A stretch of 64,000 nucleotides of DNA from the human T2T-CHM13v2.0 reference genome, Homo sapiens. Shown in pieces: positions 46,024-61,346 of this stretch (position 1 is its first letter; the number at the start of each line of letters is the position of its first letter). The stretch is from assembly GCF_009914755.1 (NCBI RefSeq), contig NC_060925.1; one strand, given 5' to 3'. Below the pieces are notes generated by a model. That model did not search any database and was not told the DNA's origin. It saw only the letters and a program-made list of their open reading frames with translations. Position numbers and translations under genes: made by a program.

Positions 46024-49000
46024 ACAATGAGATCACATGGACACAGGAAGGGGAACATCACATTCTGGGGACTGTTGTGGGGTGGGGGGAGGGGGGAGGG
46101 ATAGCATTGGGAGATATACCTAATGCTAGATGACGAGTTAGTGGGTGCAGCACACCAGCATGGCACATGTATACGTATGTAACTAACCTGCACAATGTGC
46201 ACATGTACCCTAAAACTTAAAGTATAATAATAAAAAAATAAATAAATAAATAAATAAATAAAAAGAAAAAAAAAGAAAAATAGATTGTCACAATGCATTT
46301 TTTAGAGAAGATAGTAAATTTAGCAGTCTCATTCCACAAGATACTAAACAGCATCATAAATGACACTTATGAAAATAGTGTGGGGGTGGTCCAGGAGTAA
46401 ACAGGTAGGACATGAAATGGTATTGCATGAATATCTTTAATGCACATAAAAATGGAAATATGTATCAGGCAATATTAAAAAAAATTGAGAAAAGAAAAAG
46501 ACTTTTGCTGGATCAACTAATAAACTGTTTGGGAAAAGAATTAAGTTATCTCCTCGAATCGCACCATATACAAAAATAACTTCCAGATGGAGCAAAGAGT
46601 TACATGGTAAAAAAATAAAGTCATAAAATAATGAGAAGAAAACCTAGGTAATTATCTGACCGTGATTTTTTAGCATAATAGCTGTGGAGGATACTACAAG
46701 ATTGATATTAAAAGTATGCATATGTCAACAACAGAAACAATATCAGAAAGCATACAAAAATGTTAGGAGAAAAGTAATATGGTGAATATAGAAAGAACTA
46801 TTACTAATACTTAGGGGGAAAAGTACTATTAGTAATAATTGGACAGGATCTGAACAAATTAGTTCACAAAAGAAGACATAAATGGCCCAGAAGCCAGAAA
46901 AATAGCCAACCACAGTGATAATGAAATAAAGCCTCTAACTCCACAACTTTCAGAGAAGCCCTGAGTACACTTCCTTGAACTTTCCCTCACTGGTACAGGT
47001 ACCAGATTTACTTTGCTCCTGTCCCTAAAACCTGCCTGGTAATGTCACTGCATCATGCCATTAATTCCTTCCTTCATTCATTCATTCCTCTAGGATAGAC
47101 CCTGTGATAAGCCATGGGGACCTGGATCATAGACTAGAAACAAGTAAATCAAAGTATGTCATTAGACAATACCATGCTAGAGGGGTACACAGAGTGGTTC
47201 TGAAGTATAGATGCCACAGGGGCCACTCTTAAGGGCCTCCCCGATTCGTGTTGTGGACAACCAATGAAATATCAACATTCACCACCATCTCCAGCATCCC
47301 AGACCTCTGCCTTGGCTCAGACCTGCCAAGGACAGGAGATTCTGATTAAGAATCTGGGTGTGAATGGCATCTTCTGCTATAGAGAAAGAAGTGAAGGAGT
47401 TCAGAACAGAGCCTCTGGGAACATCTCCCATGTAAGGGGACAGAAAAGGTGACAGAGCAGGGAACAGGTAGAATAGTCGGAGAGGATCCAGAGGGCAGTT
47501 CCATGTGGGAGAGGTTGACTCAATGTGGTGAACAGCACAGAAAGACTAAGATGAGGGTCTTGAATGAGGTCACTCTGTCTGGTGTCTAAATAGTCCCTCT
47601 GGAAGCAATGCTGAGAGCTGGAGCCTTGACCTGGTCCCTGCTGCATCCCTAGTGCCTAGAATTCAATAAGTATTTGCTGAATGGATAGATCAATTTCAGC
47701 AAAGGCAGGTGGGAGGATGGCAAGGTGGAAAGAGGGCAGATTGTAATAGGCAAGATTGGCTGATGAGAAGGTGGAAGGCCATTGTATTCTAAACAATAAC
47801 TTCTACATTGTAGAAACTGAAAAATACAGGCAAGATTTAAAAAGAGAAAACTGATTATAATCTCTTCCTTCCAGAGGCAACTGCTGTTAATATTTTCATT
47901 TTTCTGAGATTTTTTTCCATGCATATTTCACACTGGTGAGATAACACCATATGTATAATTTTGTGTGCTACTTTTTCAGTAAGTTATTCTTCAATCTTCA
48001 ATTTAAAAAGGCAATGTGGACTTGTAATATGCATAGATATGCACATACGCAATGCAAGTATAAAAAAATATATATGCAGTCTCCCTCCTCCCCACCCAAT
48101 CCAAAATTACCGAAGTTAACAGCCAGGTATGTGTCCCTCCCTCACCTTCTTCTCTCTCATGCAAACCACACAGACACATTCTGGGAGAATTTTGATTATT
48201 TCATTTAAAAAATAAAACTGTAGTTTAGCTCATTTTTCTGCAACTTGCTTTCTCACTTAACAATACACCGGGGACACGTTCCAGGTCAGTAGATACAGAT
48301 CTAACTTATTTTTTATATGAATGTGTAATATTCCATGCCATGGATGTATCTCAATTTATTCAACCACTCCCCTGTTGATGGCCATTCAGGTCATTTCTCG
48401 GTTTTCTTTTGTAACAATTCAGTAAACATTATAACGTGAGCATTCCCTAAGATACTGAATCTGTTCATAAACAGCATTTTAAATGGATGCACAACGTTTC
48501 AGTGTATGGTTATACTAGAATTTAGTTAGCCATTCTCCTATTGTCAAACATTTAAATTGCTTCTGGATTTTTTGTTCCATTGTAAATAAGACCTGGACCC
48601 TTAGTTAGATCTGGTGATAGGATGCTGGTCAATGCAGTGGAAAATGCCTTTCCACGGCCAGAGTCCCAGAATAAATGTTCCCCTATACAGTAACTGCCTC
48701 CAGCTTTGGTTTCAGGTGGGGTCGGGTAAGGTACTGTCCACATTAGGCTGGCTGACCTCTCTCAGGGATGGCTAGAAAGGGTTAGAAGCCTGACTCATTT
48801 GGAAACCTCCCTGAAACCAATGTATGTTAGTAAGTTGAAGAAGTTATAACCCAGAGCAGCCACTCCAGATTGAAATGTGAATGGAATGGGAGCTCATGCC
48901 AGAATGGCTTTGTCCTTTCATGCCCATGAAACGTTGAATTTCTTTCAAGAAAAAGTCTACCCGTTCTTCACTTCTAGTGACTGATGTTCTGCCCTGTAGA

Positions 49001-49857
49001 TGGGAATGCTGCTACTGACCTCCATTTTGACGGCACCTTGCATTTCTCTCTAGCCAGGATGGTCTGCCTTCTTTCACCCATGCTTTGAGTTTCTGGTCAA
49101 TGCAGCTACCCCCATCAGGCTCCAGAACAATCTCAGAGAACTAGACTCCTCAAGTCATTGCTCATTCATTTGTTTTGGATGATTTGGATGATTTCCCCAG
49201 GACAGACTTCCAAATAGCAGATGACTGGGTCAAATGGTATGAACATTTCTGAGGCTTTGGCTCTGGGTTAACAATATCCTTTCTAGGAAATGTGCACCCA
49301 TTAAACTCTCAATAGTTATGTCTAGGAATACCTATCTCACAGCACCTTTGCCAACCTTGTGTATTGTCTTATTTGGAAACTTTTTGCCTGCTTATTAGGT
49401 GCAAAAAATGTGATCTCATTTTACTTAGTGATGTTTTATGACTCAGATTCAACATCTTTTTCACTTTTTCTAATAATTTTAATTTCTTCTTTTTGGAACT
49501 AGCTGATCAAATCCTCAGCTCATTTTTCATTGTGGTATTTTTTTCCCTCATTTCTTACCTACTTATCTATTTTATATATGTGTAATATATTAATCCTTTA
49601 TGCATCGCATGTGCTATATATGTGTTTTGTAGTTGTTTGGCCTTTTAATTTTATCATGTTTGACATACTGAAGTTTCTAAATGTTATATACTTAAATCTT
49701 CTATTAGGTCTTACTATTTTTCTTGTTAATTTGTACTAACTCTTTATAGAGTCAGAATTTTAATCTTTTGTCATATTTGTTGCAAATATTGTTTTCTACC
49801 TGGTTGTGTGCTTTTTGTTTTGTTTAGATTTCCCATGTAGATTAAAATGTTCACTTT

Positions 49858-50146
49858 TTTTTTTTGAGACAGAGTCTTGCTCTGTCACCCAGACTGGAGT
49901 GCAGTGGCCCCATCTCAGCTCACTGCAAGCTCCGCTTCCCAGGTTAATGCCATTCTCCTGCCTCAGCCTCCCGATTAGCTGGGACTACAGGTGCCCGCCA
50001 CCACGCCCGGCTAATTTTTTTTACTTTTAGTAGAGACAGGGTTTCACTGTGTTAGCCAAGATGGTCTCGATTTCCTGACCTCATGATCCACCCGCCTCGG
50101 CCTCCCAAAGTGCTGGGATTACAGGCGTGAGCCACCGCACCTGGCC
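49858..50146 (-). mobile_element. AluY
   Basis: TSD aaaatgttcacttt at 49844-49857 and 50147-50160. Confidence 0.95.
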
Positions 50147-50362
50147 AAAATGTTCACTTTCTATAGGCAGTCACATTTATCTCTTTTTTCTTGGTAATAT
50201 TTTTCCCTTGTTCACACTGAGAAAGACTTCTCTCAACTAAAGATTGGTTGGCTTCTCATCTCACTCAACATAAAAGCCAAAGTCCTCACCATAGTCCTCA
50301 AAGCTTTAAATGAATGGGTACCCAGATGCCTGTCCACCTCTTCTCCTATCTCTTGTCCCCTC

Positions 50363-50419
50363 ATCCCTGTGATCCAACCATATCCCTGTGATCCAGCCAT
50401 ATCCCTGTGATCCGGCCAT
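50363..50419. repeat. 3 x 19-bp tandem repeat atccctgtgatcc(a/g)(a/g)ccat
   Basis: Units start at 50363, 50382 and 50401. Confidence 0.9.
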
Positions 50420-50971
50420 GCTGGACCTTTGCATTTGCCAAGACTTCAGCCCAGAAAATGTTTCCCCAGTAGCCATGGGACCCTTACTTATTTCCGGTGT
50501 CTAGTCAAATATAACCTCCTTGGAGACTACCCTAAGTACAATTCAGACCTGCTTCTCAAGCCAGGTGTTCCTGGTGCCTGCTTTATTTGTTGATAGCACT
50601 TAGCACCTCTGCCATATATTTTCCTCTTGTTAATTTTCTGATGCACCCTCCCCAGTAAAATACAATCTCCGTGAGAGTGGGGCACCATTTTTTTCTCTGC
50701 TCTATCTCTAGCTCGCAGACCTGAACCTGGTACATAATAGATGCTCACAGAATAGTTGTTGGTTGAATGAATGAATAAATGAATATTAATTGCCCACCTA
50801 GCATTCTGTGCTTGGATTGTTCCTTCACTCGGCTAACTCCAGGCATTTTCAAACTCATTACCTTCTCCAGAAAGCCTTCTGGGAACCCTCAAGACACCAT
50901 CAAGTATTCGTCCACTCCTTGTTTATCATTCATGATGAATGTCATTGCCTTCATCAATGGTGATATAATGA

Positions 50972-51317
<346 letters not shown>

Positions 51318-51433
51318 CTCCTTGAGCTTTTCTTCAATTTTATTTCCATCACCTAGCCCAGTACTTGCCCATAGTAGACACTCAGTACGCATTTTTAAAT
51401 GAATGAGTGAGTGAAATGAATTAATCTTTTGTA

Positions 51434-51524
51434 TTAGGTTGGTGCAAAGGTAATTCCGGTTATTGCCATTAACAATGATGGCAAACACACACACACACAC
51501 ACAATTACTTTTGCACTAATCTAA
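51434..51524. mobile_element. MADE1 (Hsmar1 MITE) with internal (CA)n
   Basis: ttaggttggtgcaaa...ttttgcactaatctaa inverted ends flanked by TA. Confidence 0.9.
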
Positions 51525-52921
51525 TATTCAGAAAATACTCACCAACTTCATTTATCTGTGTATTTATGGTTTATTTTGGAAGTGGCTTAGTGGAAAGGTT
51601 AAAAGCATAGGTTTTGGAAACAAAAGCTTTGGGTTCAAATTTCAGATTTGCCACTTAATATTGTGTGTGGGCAACTTATTTAAACTCTTTAAGCCTTAGT
51701 TTTGACATCTTTAAAATTAACACCCACTTCTAGGATGGTTGTACAGATTAATGTGATATCTGCTGAGTTGCTAAATGTTCAGTACAGAACCTGGCACAGC
51801 AAACACCACCTAATCTTTCAGTAAAGATTAGATGCTTTTCTTTAAGTCCCAGTCACATCTTGTTAAGGTTATTCACAGACATTTTATGCACTTTTTGCCG
51901 CACTAGTGAATGTCATTTTTCTCATTATTTTTTTCTAACTGGTTTTTATGATATACAGAAAACCTATTGATTTTTATACATTCATCTCACATCCAGCCAG
52001 GTTTCTGAACACTTATTAATTCTAAAAATTTCTCAGTTGGTTCCCTTGGGTGTTTTAGGTACACAATCATGTTGTCTACAAATAATGATAATTTTAAGGA
52101 GATAACTCTCTTGAGAAGTTTGGCAGGAAAATTCAATTCAATTCTGCAAATATTTATTGACTGATAAGGTCAATTTTGGACAAATTTAGTTGGAGATGCC
52201 AGTGGGACATCCAGACGGAGATGGCCAGAAGGCAGTTAGGGCTGTAGACTGGTGTTTGGGAGTGCAATCTGGACTGGGGATATGGATTTGTTGAAGCCAC
52301 GCAATTAATGAAACTGCCCTAAGAGGAAACACAGCGGGGAGCTGCAGATGCTGGATAAATCATCACGCCCGCTGAAGGTGTCTCACCTGCCACACGGAGC
52401 ACCAGCTGGACACCTCAAGTCTACAATCAGCCTCTGGCCCATCACTATGCATGCCTTCTGGCAGGGGCACCTTGTCCGCTGATGAGAGAGGCAGGGGTCA
52501 AACAGTATCTTTGGCTCTCTACAATGATCCTTTAGGAAAGGACCAAGAACTAGGTCATTAGGGATGCTGGCACTGAGCCTCATTTTAGCCCCTCTCCCCT
52601 GCACAGCATGTGCCTCAGTCACACCACTAATTTGTCACCTGCAGTGCTTGGCCCTTTGCCTCATACGCCCTTCCACTGCAACCTTCTCAACCTAGCAAAT
52701 CTAACTCACGGTCCCAGGCTCAGTTCATCTCCTCTAAGGAGCCTCCTCTAGTCTGCAGGCAGTTACTCTTCGCTCTCCGCTACCCCCATCTCCCTATTTC
52801 GTGCATTAAGTGCTGGGTGACACAATTATCACAGATGTTTTTAATGAAGATGTGCACTATTTTTTTTTACTACAGATCTTAACAATCGGAGAGATTTCTG
52901 TGAATGTGCAGTAGTCTAATC

Positions 52922-53130
52922 CAGGGTTTCTCAACCTCAACACTATCAACATTTTGGGTGGGATAATTCTTCACTGTGGGAGGCTGTCCTGTACATATAG
53001 GATGTTTAGCAGCGTCCCTGACCTCTACCCACTGAATGCCAGTAGCACCTCCCAATGTGACAACCAAAATCTCTCCAGATATTGCCAAATGTCCCCTAGG
53101 GGGAAAATCACCTCTAGTTGAGAACGACTG
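52922..53130 (+). mobile_element. MER20
   Basis: TIRs plus 8-bp hAT-type TSD gtctaatc / gtctaatt. Confidence 0.88.
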
Positions 53131-53319
53131 GTCTAATTCTTAGCCATATTGGAGTTCCTAATGAAAGTCAGAAATACTTTTTCTAGAATCACATACATAG
53201 GAAGCTAACCTTCTGCCGTTTTCATTCATTTCAGGGGATTAGCAGGCCAAAAAAGCCTATCCCTGGACCTCCATGACCTGAAGTCCTCCATCTTTGTCGT
53301 GCCATGCCCTCCTTGGAGC

Positions 53320-53735
53320 CTCGTGACACCACCTCAAATGGTGTCTTAAAATATGTAAAACAAAATACATAGAATTGCAAAGGAAATCAGCTAGACTGAA
53401 ATATAGTTTTTAAAATATACTGAAAATCGATCATACACTAATAAGTGCTCCTTTATTAATGCATTATTAATAAGATCTAGCAGTGGGCCTGATACATATT
53501 GTAGTTTGAAGCATAAATGCTACTTCAAGATAATTGTAACAACTGTAATGTTCTATGGAAATATCTGTGATCTTACCAGTGACAAATTCACAGGTACTGC
53601 TAATACCACTTCCGTGTTTGTTGCCTATCTTCATGATTGGTAGAAATGCTGTTTCAGTAGGAGATTAGTGAAAATAATGCAATTGTCCTCATCCAAGTTA
53701 GGGACCCCATGGATTCTATCAAGAACCCCAGAGGT
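53320..53735. mobile_element. hAT-Charlie (Charlie4a-like) fossil
   Basis: gtgacaaattcacaggtactgctaataccact...ttagtgaaaata...catccaagtt motifs. Confidence 0.55.
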
Positions 53736-55109
53736 CCAAGACAAATTCAGTCTTTCAGTCAGCAAATCTGGGGAATGGATGGCTTAGTTCCAGGGTTTAT
53801 AGGTGGGGGTGTTAATGGGCAGTAGGGAGTTGGGGGAGATGGGAGGGGCAGATTGCATATAATATGGTCCATGCCCTCAAGGAGTTCACAGTGGATTGTA
53901 GGAGACAGACATGGCCCATCTTACTAGCCATCTCCACGTGACAAGTGGTTCAGGGAAACCATGCTGTTCAATCTTAGGGGAACAGAAAGGAGCACAGACA
54001 AACCTAGAAGGACTGGTGCTTTCATGCAAGTCTGAGAAGGGGCCAACATTTCTGTGGTTCACTAACATTATCTCTCTAACATTTGCAATGACCCTTTTGA
54101 AATGGCTGTTACAGCCCCACCCTCATCATATTACAGGTAAAGAAACTAAGGCTCTTCAAGGTTTAAAACATGTTCAAGGTCAAACAAGTAGCAATGGAAA
54201 AGCTGAGATTCAAACCCAGATCTGTACAAAAGCAAAACCCAGGCTCTCAACCCTACCACCCTTCCCTCTGCCAGGCTGCAAATATTTCACACACATCATC
54301 TCAGGACATACTCTCAAAGCTATAGTTCTGGTTCCACTCTGCACCCAGCACCAGGGGTCAGAGCCTGGGATTTATTGAAAAGAGCTTAGCACAGTTGCTG
54401 TGCCTCAGGGACCTGGATACAAAACGGGTCTCCTTTTTCCTCTCAAGCTGGGGATGCATGCAACAAAGGCACAAAACAATGCATGGCAGGTGGGGTGAAG
54501 CAGCAAGCCTGTCCCTGTACCATATTCAATTGCTTCGTGGGAATAATCCCATGCCACTCAGCTTCCTAATTCTAACTCCAGGCTTTCTGATTCTCCTGGA
54601 CATGTTTAACACAGAAGCCACCATTGCGGACCAAACATGATTTTCCCTGCATGGTGATACAGATGCAGTTCATTTTCCATCATCCTAAGCCAACACTAGT
54701 CAAGGGTTGTTTATTATTTTGACAGGGAATCCTGGACTAGCAGAAGCATCTCTGCTTTACTGATTCTTATTATGCCACAGCCCTGGATCAGCAGCAAGAG
54801 AAAGGGCCAGGTATCTCTGGGGCCAGGGGCCTCTGCCAGGCTGATTCTACTCCTGTCTGGGTCTTTCAGAGTGAAAACAAGGAACTACCATTGAGTTCTC
54901 CCCAGCTGAGAAGATGCCTGAGCTATGGCTTTGGTCCACGGGACAATGGCTAAGCACAGGAACAGACTCATGAAAGTTGAGGGCTTAGCAAATGCTTGAT
55001 TCATTCATTTACTTATTTTGAAAATAGTATTAAGCACCCACTGTGTCCCAGTGAGTGCTTCCTGCCCTCATGGAGCTTACGGTATAATAATAATAATATA
55101 TTATTAAAC

Positions 55110-55340
55110 ATTTTTTCTGTGCCAAGTACTGTCTTACGCACTGTACATATAATAATTCATTCCATCCTCACAACCATATGAGATAGGTACTATTACTCTC
55201 CCCATTTCATAGGTAAGGAAACTGAGGTCTAGGAAGGTTAAGTAATCTGCCCAAGGTCAGACAGCTGATAAAAATGGAAATAGGAATCAACCCCAGGCAA
55301 TCTGGTGCCACATCCTGTCTTCTTAACCACTACTCTATCA
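55110..55340 (-). mobile_element. MIR
   Basis: cccatttcataggtaaggaaactgagg...ttaagtaatctgcccaaggtca. Confidence 0.8.
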
Positions 55341-57171
55341 TAGATGATGGATGGATAGGTGGGTGGGTGGATGGATGAAGGATGGCCAATGTAGTAAGCT
55401 AAACTCCTTTCTACAGCACTCTCATACAGCAAAGAACTTCACCTTAGGTAGCCCTTTCCTCAAGTGTCAGTCATGTCAGTTAGAACTCCTAGGCTTCTGT
55501 CCCATTGCCTGACATTTGGGGAATGAGTCCACTATGGTGAGGTTCAGCACAGTGGCAGAAAGGGGACCACATGGGGACGCCTGAGCACATTGAACTTCCC
55601 AGAAGAAAAAGAATCATAATAACTCGGGAAATAGGAGTGAATTGTCAAAATATGTGAAACCAAGCCTATGCTGCTGTTTCTCTCACCATGAGAATCTCAT
55701 GAGGGCAGGACCACGCCTGACTCACTGTTAAATCCCAACACAAGGCTTGGCATTTCATAGACACTCCATTAATATTTGTCAAGTAAATGGATTAATTTGT
55801 CTGCTTGTCAACGGTGTCTTTCTTTTTTCTTTTCATTTGTTTCTTTATCCATTAAAAACACATGGCTCCTGTTTTATCTGGTGGAACTGGCCTCATTCCT
55901 AAAGAAAATAGGCAACTTCAAGCCCTGTGCCCTTATGTGAGACATATTTGAAAATTAATTTTAAAAATGAGAGAGAGAAAAAGAAAACAAAACCCTAATG
56001 AGAGAGAGAGAAAAAAAAACCCAAAACCCTAACATAGTGCCATGGAATCAGAAAGCCTGGGTTCTTAACTCTGCCTTGCCACTTGCTAGCAAGGGGTATG
56101 GTCAAGTCCCTTAGTCACTTATGGCCCCTGCCCCTCTATCTATGGAATGAGGTTCTCAAGACCACATTCACAGAGATGCTCTGATGCAGCTAGCCCAAGT
56201 GAGTTGTTGGTGCCTGACTGGAGCAAGAGTAGCCCTGTCCATGGTCCGGAACCGTAAATGTCCTCAGGGGAGGCTGTTTCTTCTGCTCCTAAGCCAATGG
56301 GGATGCCTGTCCAACCTCTCCCATAATTTCTGCACCAGAAGAAAAAGGAACTACAATGATAAGAAAGTAACAAAGAGAATTGGTGAGATAAAGGAATGAA
56401 GGGATAGAAAGAGGGAAAGAGGCTGAAGAGGGAAAGGGGTGAAGGTAGAAGAGAGAGCACTGCAGCTCCATTCAGAATCCTGAGTGCCCGAGACTCTGTC
56501 TTCCTGCCTTGGGCCAGACGGAACCACAGTAGAGGTGATTTGACACAGGAGTCCTGGGATAGGGAGGGCAATCCTTGCAAGGTGTACTCCCGAGATGTTC
56601 CTGGCACTTATTCTTCAGTAGCCAATGACACAGAGGAGGACAGGTGGGAGGCTAACTCTCTAGAGATGAGGGGTGGTAAGACTTGAAATCAGAAAGCATG
56701 AGGGCCAGCATCAAGGAGGGCATGACATGTGGTCACCAGCTGTTGGATGCATCCTCTTGTTTCTCCATAGCAGCCCAACCCCCTCATTCCTCTGACAGCT
56801 TCAGACTGGACATCTACTGGGAATCCAGAAGGTTCACTCATGAAGACAGTGGCAGCAGATCCAGGGCAAGATCAATCCAGATCATTCTTTAAATTAAGGC
56901 ATTCAAAGGTCATCTGCAATTTCACTTTGCTTTCCCAATCTTCAGCAGACGTGTTGCTCATTTTACGTATAAAGGAAAGGGTTTTGTGTTTTGATGCCCC
57001 CAACTACACGTTTGAATTGTATGAGCACTGATGGTGATTTGAAAGTTGTTCCTATCAAAAGGGAGAGCTCAAATCAGCTCCCTCTGCTCAAGCAAATTAG
57101 TGATGGGGTCAGTATGGCCCTGGCTCAGCTCAGACCAGTCTAGATGCCAGCAGGGGCTCATCATTCAATGG

Positions 57172-58655
<1,484 letters not shown>

Positions 58656-59710
58656 TATTAACTAACCCCCTACTTCCATCGCTGGCACCTCCAATCTCCC
58701 TTACCTGCTCTATGTTTTCTTATTTCAATAGCATGTATCACTCTGTAGCACCCTATGTAATTTACTTATATATTGTACTTACTGTTTATTGTTTATTTCC
58801 TCCTGCTAGAATATTTACTTCACAAGAGAAAGGCCTTTGTTTTACTCACTGATGCGTCCCAAGTGCCTAGAACAGTAACTGGCACATAGTCAGCACTCAG
58901 TTAATATTGGTTGAATGAATGAACAAACTACAATCCAGTGCTTTTACAAAAGTACAATTCATATGGACCCAACTCCCTAAAGGCCTAGGAAACCAAACCA
59001 GTTGGTGTGGCTCTGTCTGGTAGCACACAGACCCAGAAACCCAGCCCACAATGAAAATCTGGGAAGGAAGGATCCTGAATGCCACTTGCCCATGACTTCC
59101 ATAACCATCTCCCCACCAGACTGAGTTCCTTGGGGACACAGAGCATGGTCTGCCTTTTTTACCACTATATCATTGAGGATCCAGCACAGGGCTGCCACAG
59201 GATGCATGTGTCAGTAAGCAGGAAGTTGAAGGAATTTCAGCCATCATTTATCAGGCACTGACTGTGTGTGCCCCACACAATCATGACTTTGGTCCTTGCG
59301 TTATTTCTGTTAAACCTTCCAATATCCCAAAGAAGCAGGTATTATTCTTCATCCCATTTAACAAATGGGGATCAGGGTAAGTAGCTTGCCCAAGCTCACA
59401 CATACAATAACATCTGGCAAAGCTGGGGTTCAAACACAGGATTCTCTGACTCCTGAGACTGAGATCTTAAAATATAGGCTCTACCACCTCACTGGTATGA
59501 AACAGGAAGGGAGGGAGAGAGAAAAAGATTTGGGCTGGTCATATGCCAGACACAGCATGAAGGCCTAAAAGAGCTGACCAGAGCTAAGAAGCTTTTCTCA
59601 ACTAGACACGACTCCATTACAGCCCTGTCTCTGTCTCCCTGCCCCCAGAGGAAGGACAGAGGTGGCAGTCTTGGCTGAAAGGAACCTTATTTCAATAAAT
59701 TCTTTCAAAT

Positions 59711-59753
<43 letters not shown>

Positions 59754-59754
59754 C
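59711..59754. repeat. (TC)n microsatellite
   Basis: Directly visible. Confidence 0.9.
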
Positions 59755-60664
59755 GCAGTTTGAATGAACTGAGGGAAAAATATATCTGAGTGGGTGGACA
59801 GATAATCTAAAAATTGTGTCAGGGAGTAGTAGAGAAATGTACTTCCTCTTACAGTCTCTATAAAAGGAAACCCTAACAAGCTTATTGTTGCCCCTTGCCC
59901 ATACACATGCAAACCAAGGTGAAAAACATGATCAGGCTGGGCATGTGGAGACACTGGGTTCAGAACCCAGCCCAGTGACCTCAGACTTCTGTTTAGAAGA
60001 CATTGCCATGGCCATTTCCCCAGATGCCCAGTTCTGCCCTTAATGGCCTTTGCTCACCCTGGGCTTCCCCAGTCTTGTCAGCTGCAGCCCCAGCCTATAT
60101 AACTACCTGCTGTCCAACCGCCTCCACACTGCAGCAGACAGCTCTATCTATAGGCACTCCAGCCATGAGGTAACTCAAAGGGTTTCCCAGTGGACTGCTC
60201 TGCAGAGTTATGTGAATGAATGTCCTGGAGACCCTTCAAAGCCTCCAGAAATACTTCCAATACTAGCCTTCTTCTCCTGTGGGCATACTATGCTTTGTCA
60301 CCATGCCAGAGACTGGGGCATGAATTTCTGGGTCATATGGGCAGCCTTGAGAAAAATCAAAAGTATATGTTGAATGAATGAATGAATGTGCCTTCCAATA
60401 AGATAATCTATAAAGAGTAAAATCTATATAGGCCTCTAGAATCTAGTTAGTCCAATGCTAGAGATTTCTGGCAAGAAATTCACAGGCTTGGGAGTAGCAT
60501 GGGGATATAGAAAGAAAAGGATTCAAGCCAATTCAATGGATTTTTACTAGGGCCTCCTAAAAGACAGTCTGACCCTTCCCTGACAATGCTCATGGCTGAG
60601 GGGCAGCTGGTGTGTGGGTGTGTAATATAGGAAAGCAAGGAATTTATAGAAAGGAGAAAAAGAG

Positions 60665-60754
60665 ATCTACGGCCATACCACCCTGAACGTGCCTGATCTT
60701 GTCTGATCTCGGAAGCTAAGCAGGTTCAGGCCTTGTTAGTACTTGGACGGGAGA
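60665..60754 (+). pseudogene. 5S rRNA retropseudogene, nt 1-90 only (possibly the annotated RNA5SP42; from memory, unverified)
   Basis: tctacggccataccaccctgaacg...gttagtacttggacgggaga matches 5S with several CpG-type changes; 16-bp TSD agaaaggagaaaaaga at 60648-60663 and 60752-60767. Confidence 0.95.
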
Positions 60755-61346
60755 AAGGAGAAAAAGAAGGACATGGATGGGAAGGTAGGACCCAGCTTCA
60801 ACCCCACCATTGTGAGCTAAGCTCTACTCCTGGCTGAGTCACTCATGGCTCAGACTTCTTAACTTGGGTTTGGAAATGGTTGTGTCTCTGAGCTTCCTCA
60901 TACCCTCCTTGTGACACTTCCCAACTGAATTCTTAGGATCAAGAGGTATTTATCTCCCCATGCCCTCCAAGAGAAAGTGTGGGTCTTAAAACGCATGAGT
61001 TGAGAGAGCCAGAGGTGTCACACATGGGTGGCAGAGCAGCGACCCAGGACCTGTGACTCCTGACAGTTGTCACAGATGCAACATCCTCTCAAAACATGTC
61101 TAACCTTGAAATGGCTAGGAGCACATGTTCATCCATAGCATGAATAATATGCAAGACGCACATGGGTGAACAAAGCAAGACCATCACATGCCCCATGGTC
61201 ACCTGTTAGCTGAGAGGGACTTTATTATGGCCCAACAAGACCTTTATAATTGTAAATCCCTGGCGCCCCCTCATGGCCCTTACAGTCCTGTGGCTTCTGC
61301 TGAGGGGCAGTGGGGGAAAGGTGCCTGGAGGAGGTGCCAGGGGCTT

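Noticed and set aside
60665-60754. Functional 5S rRNA gene
   Set aside because: The 3' 30 nt are missing, CpG sites have decayed and a TSD flanks it, so it is a pseudogene.
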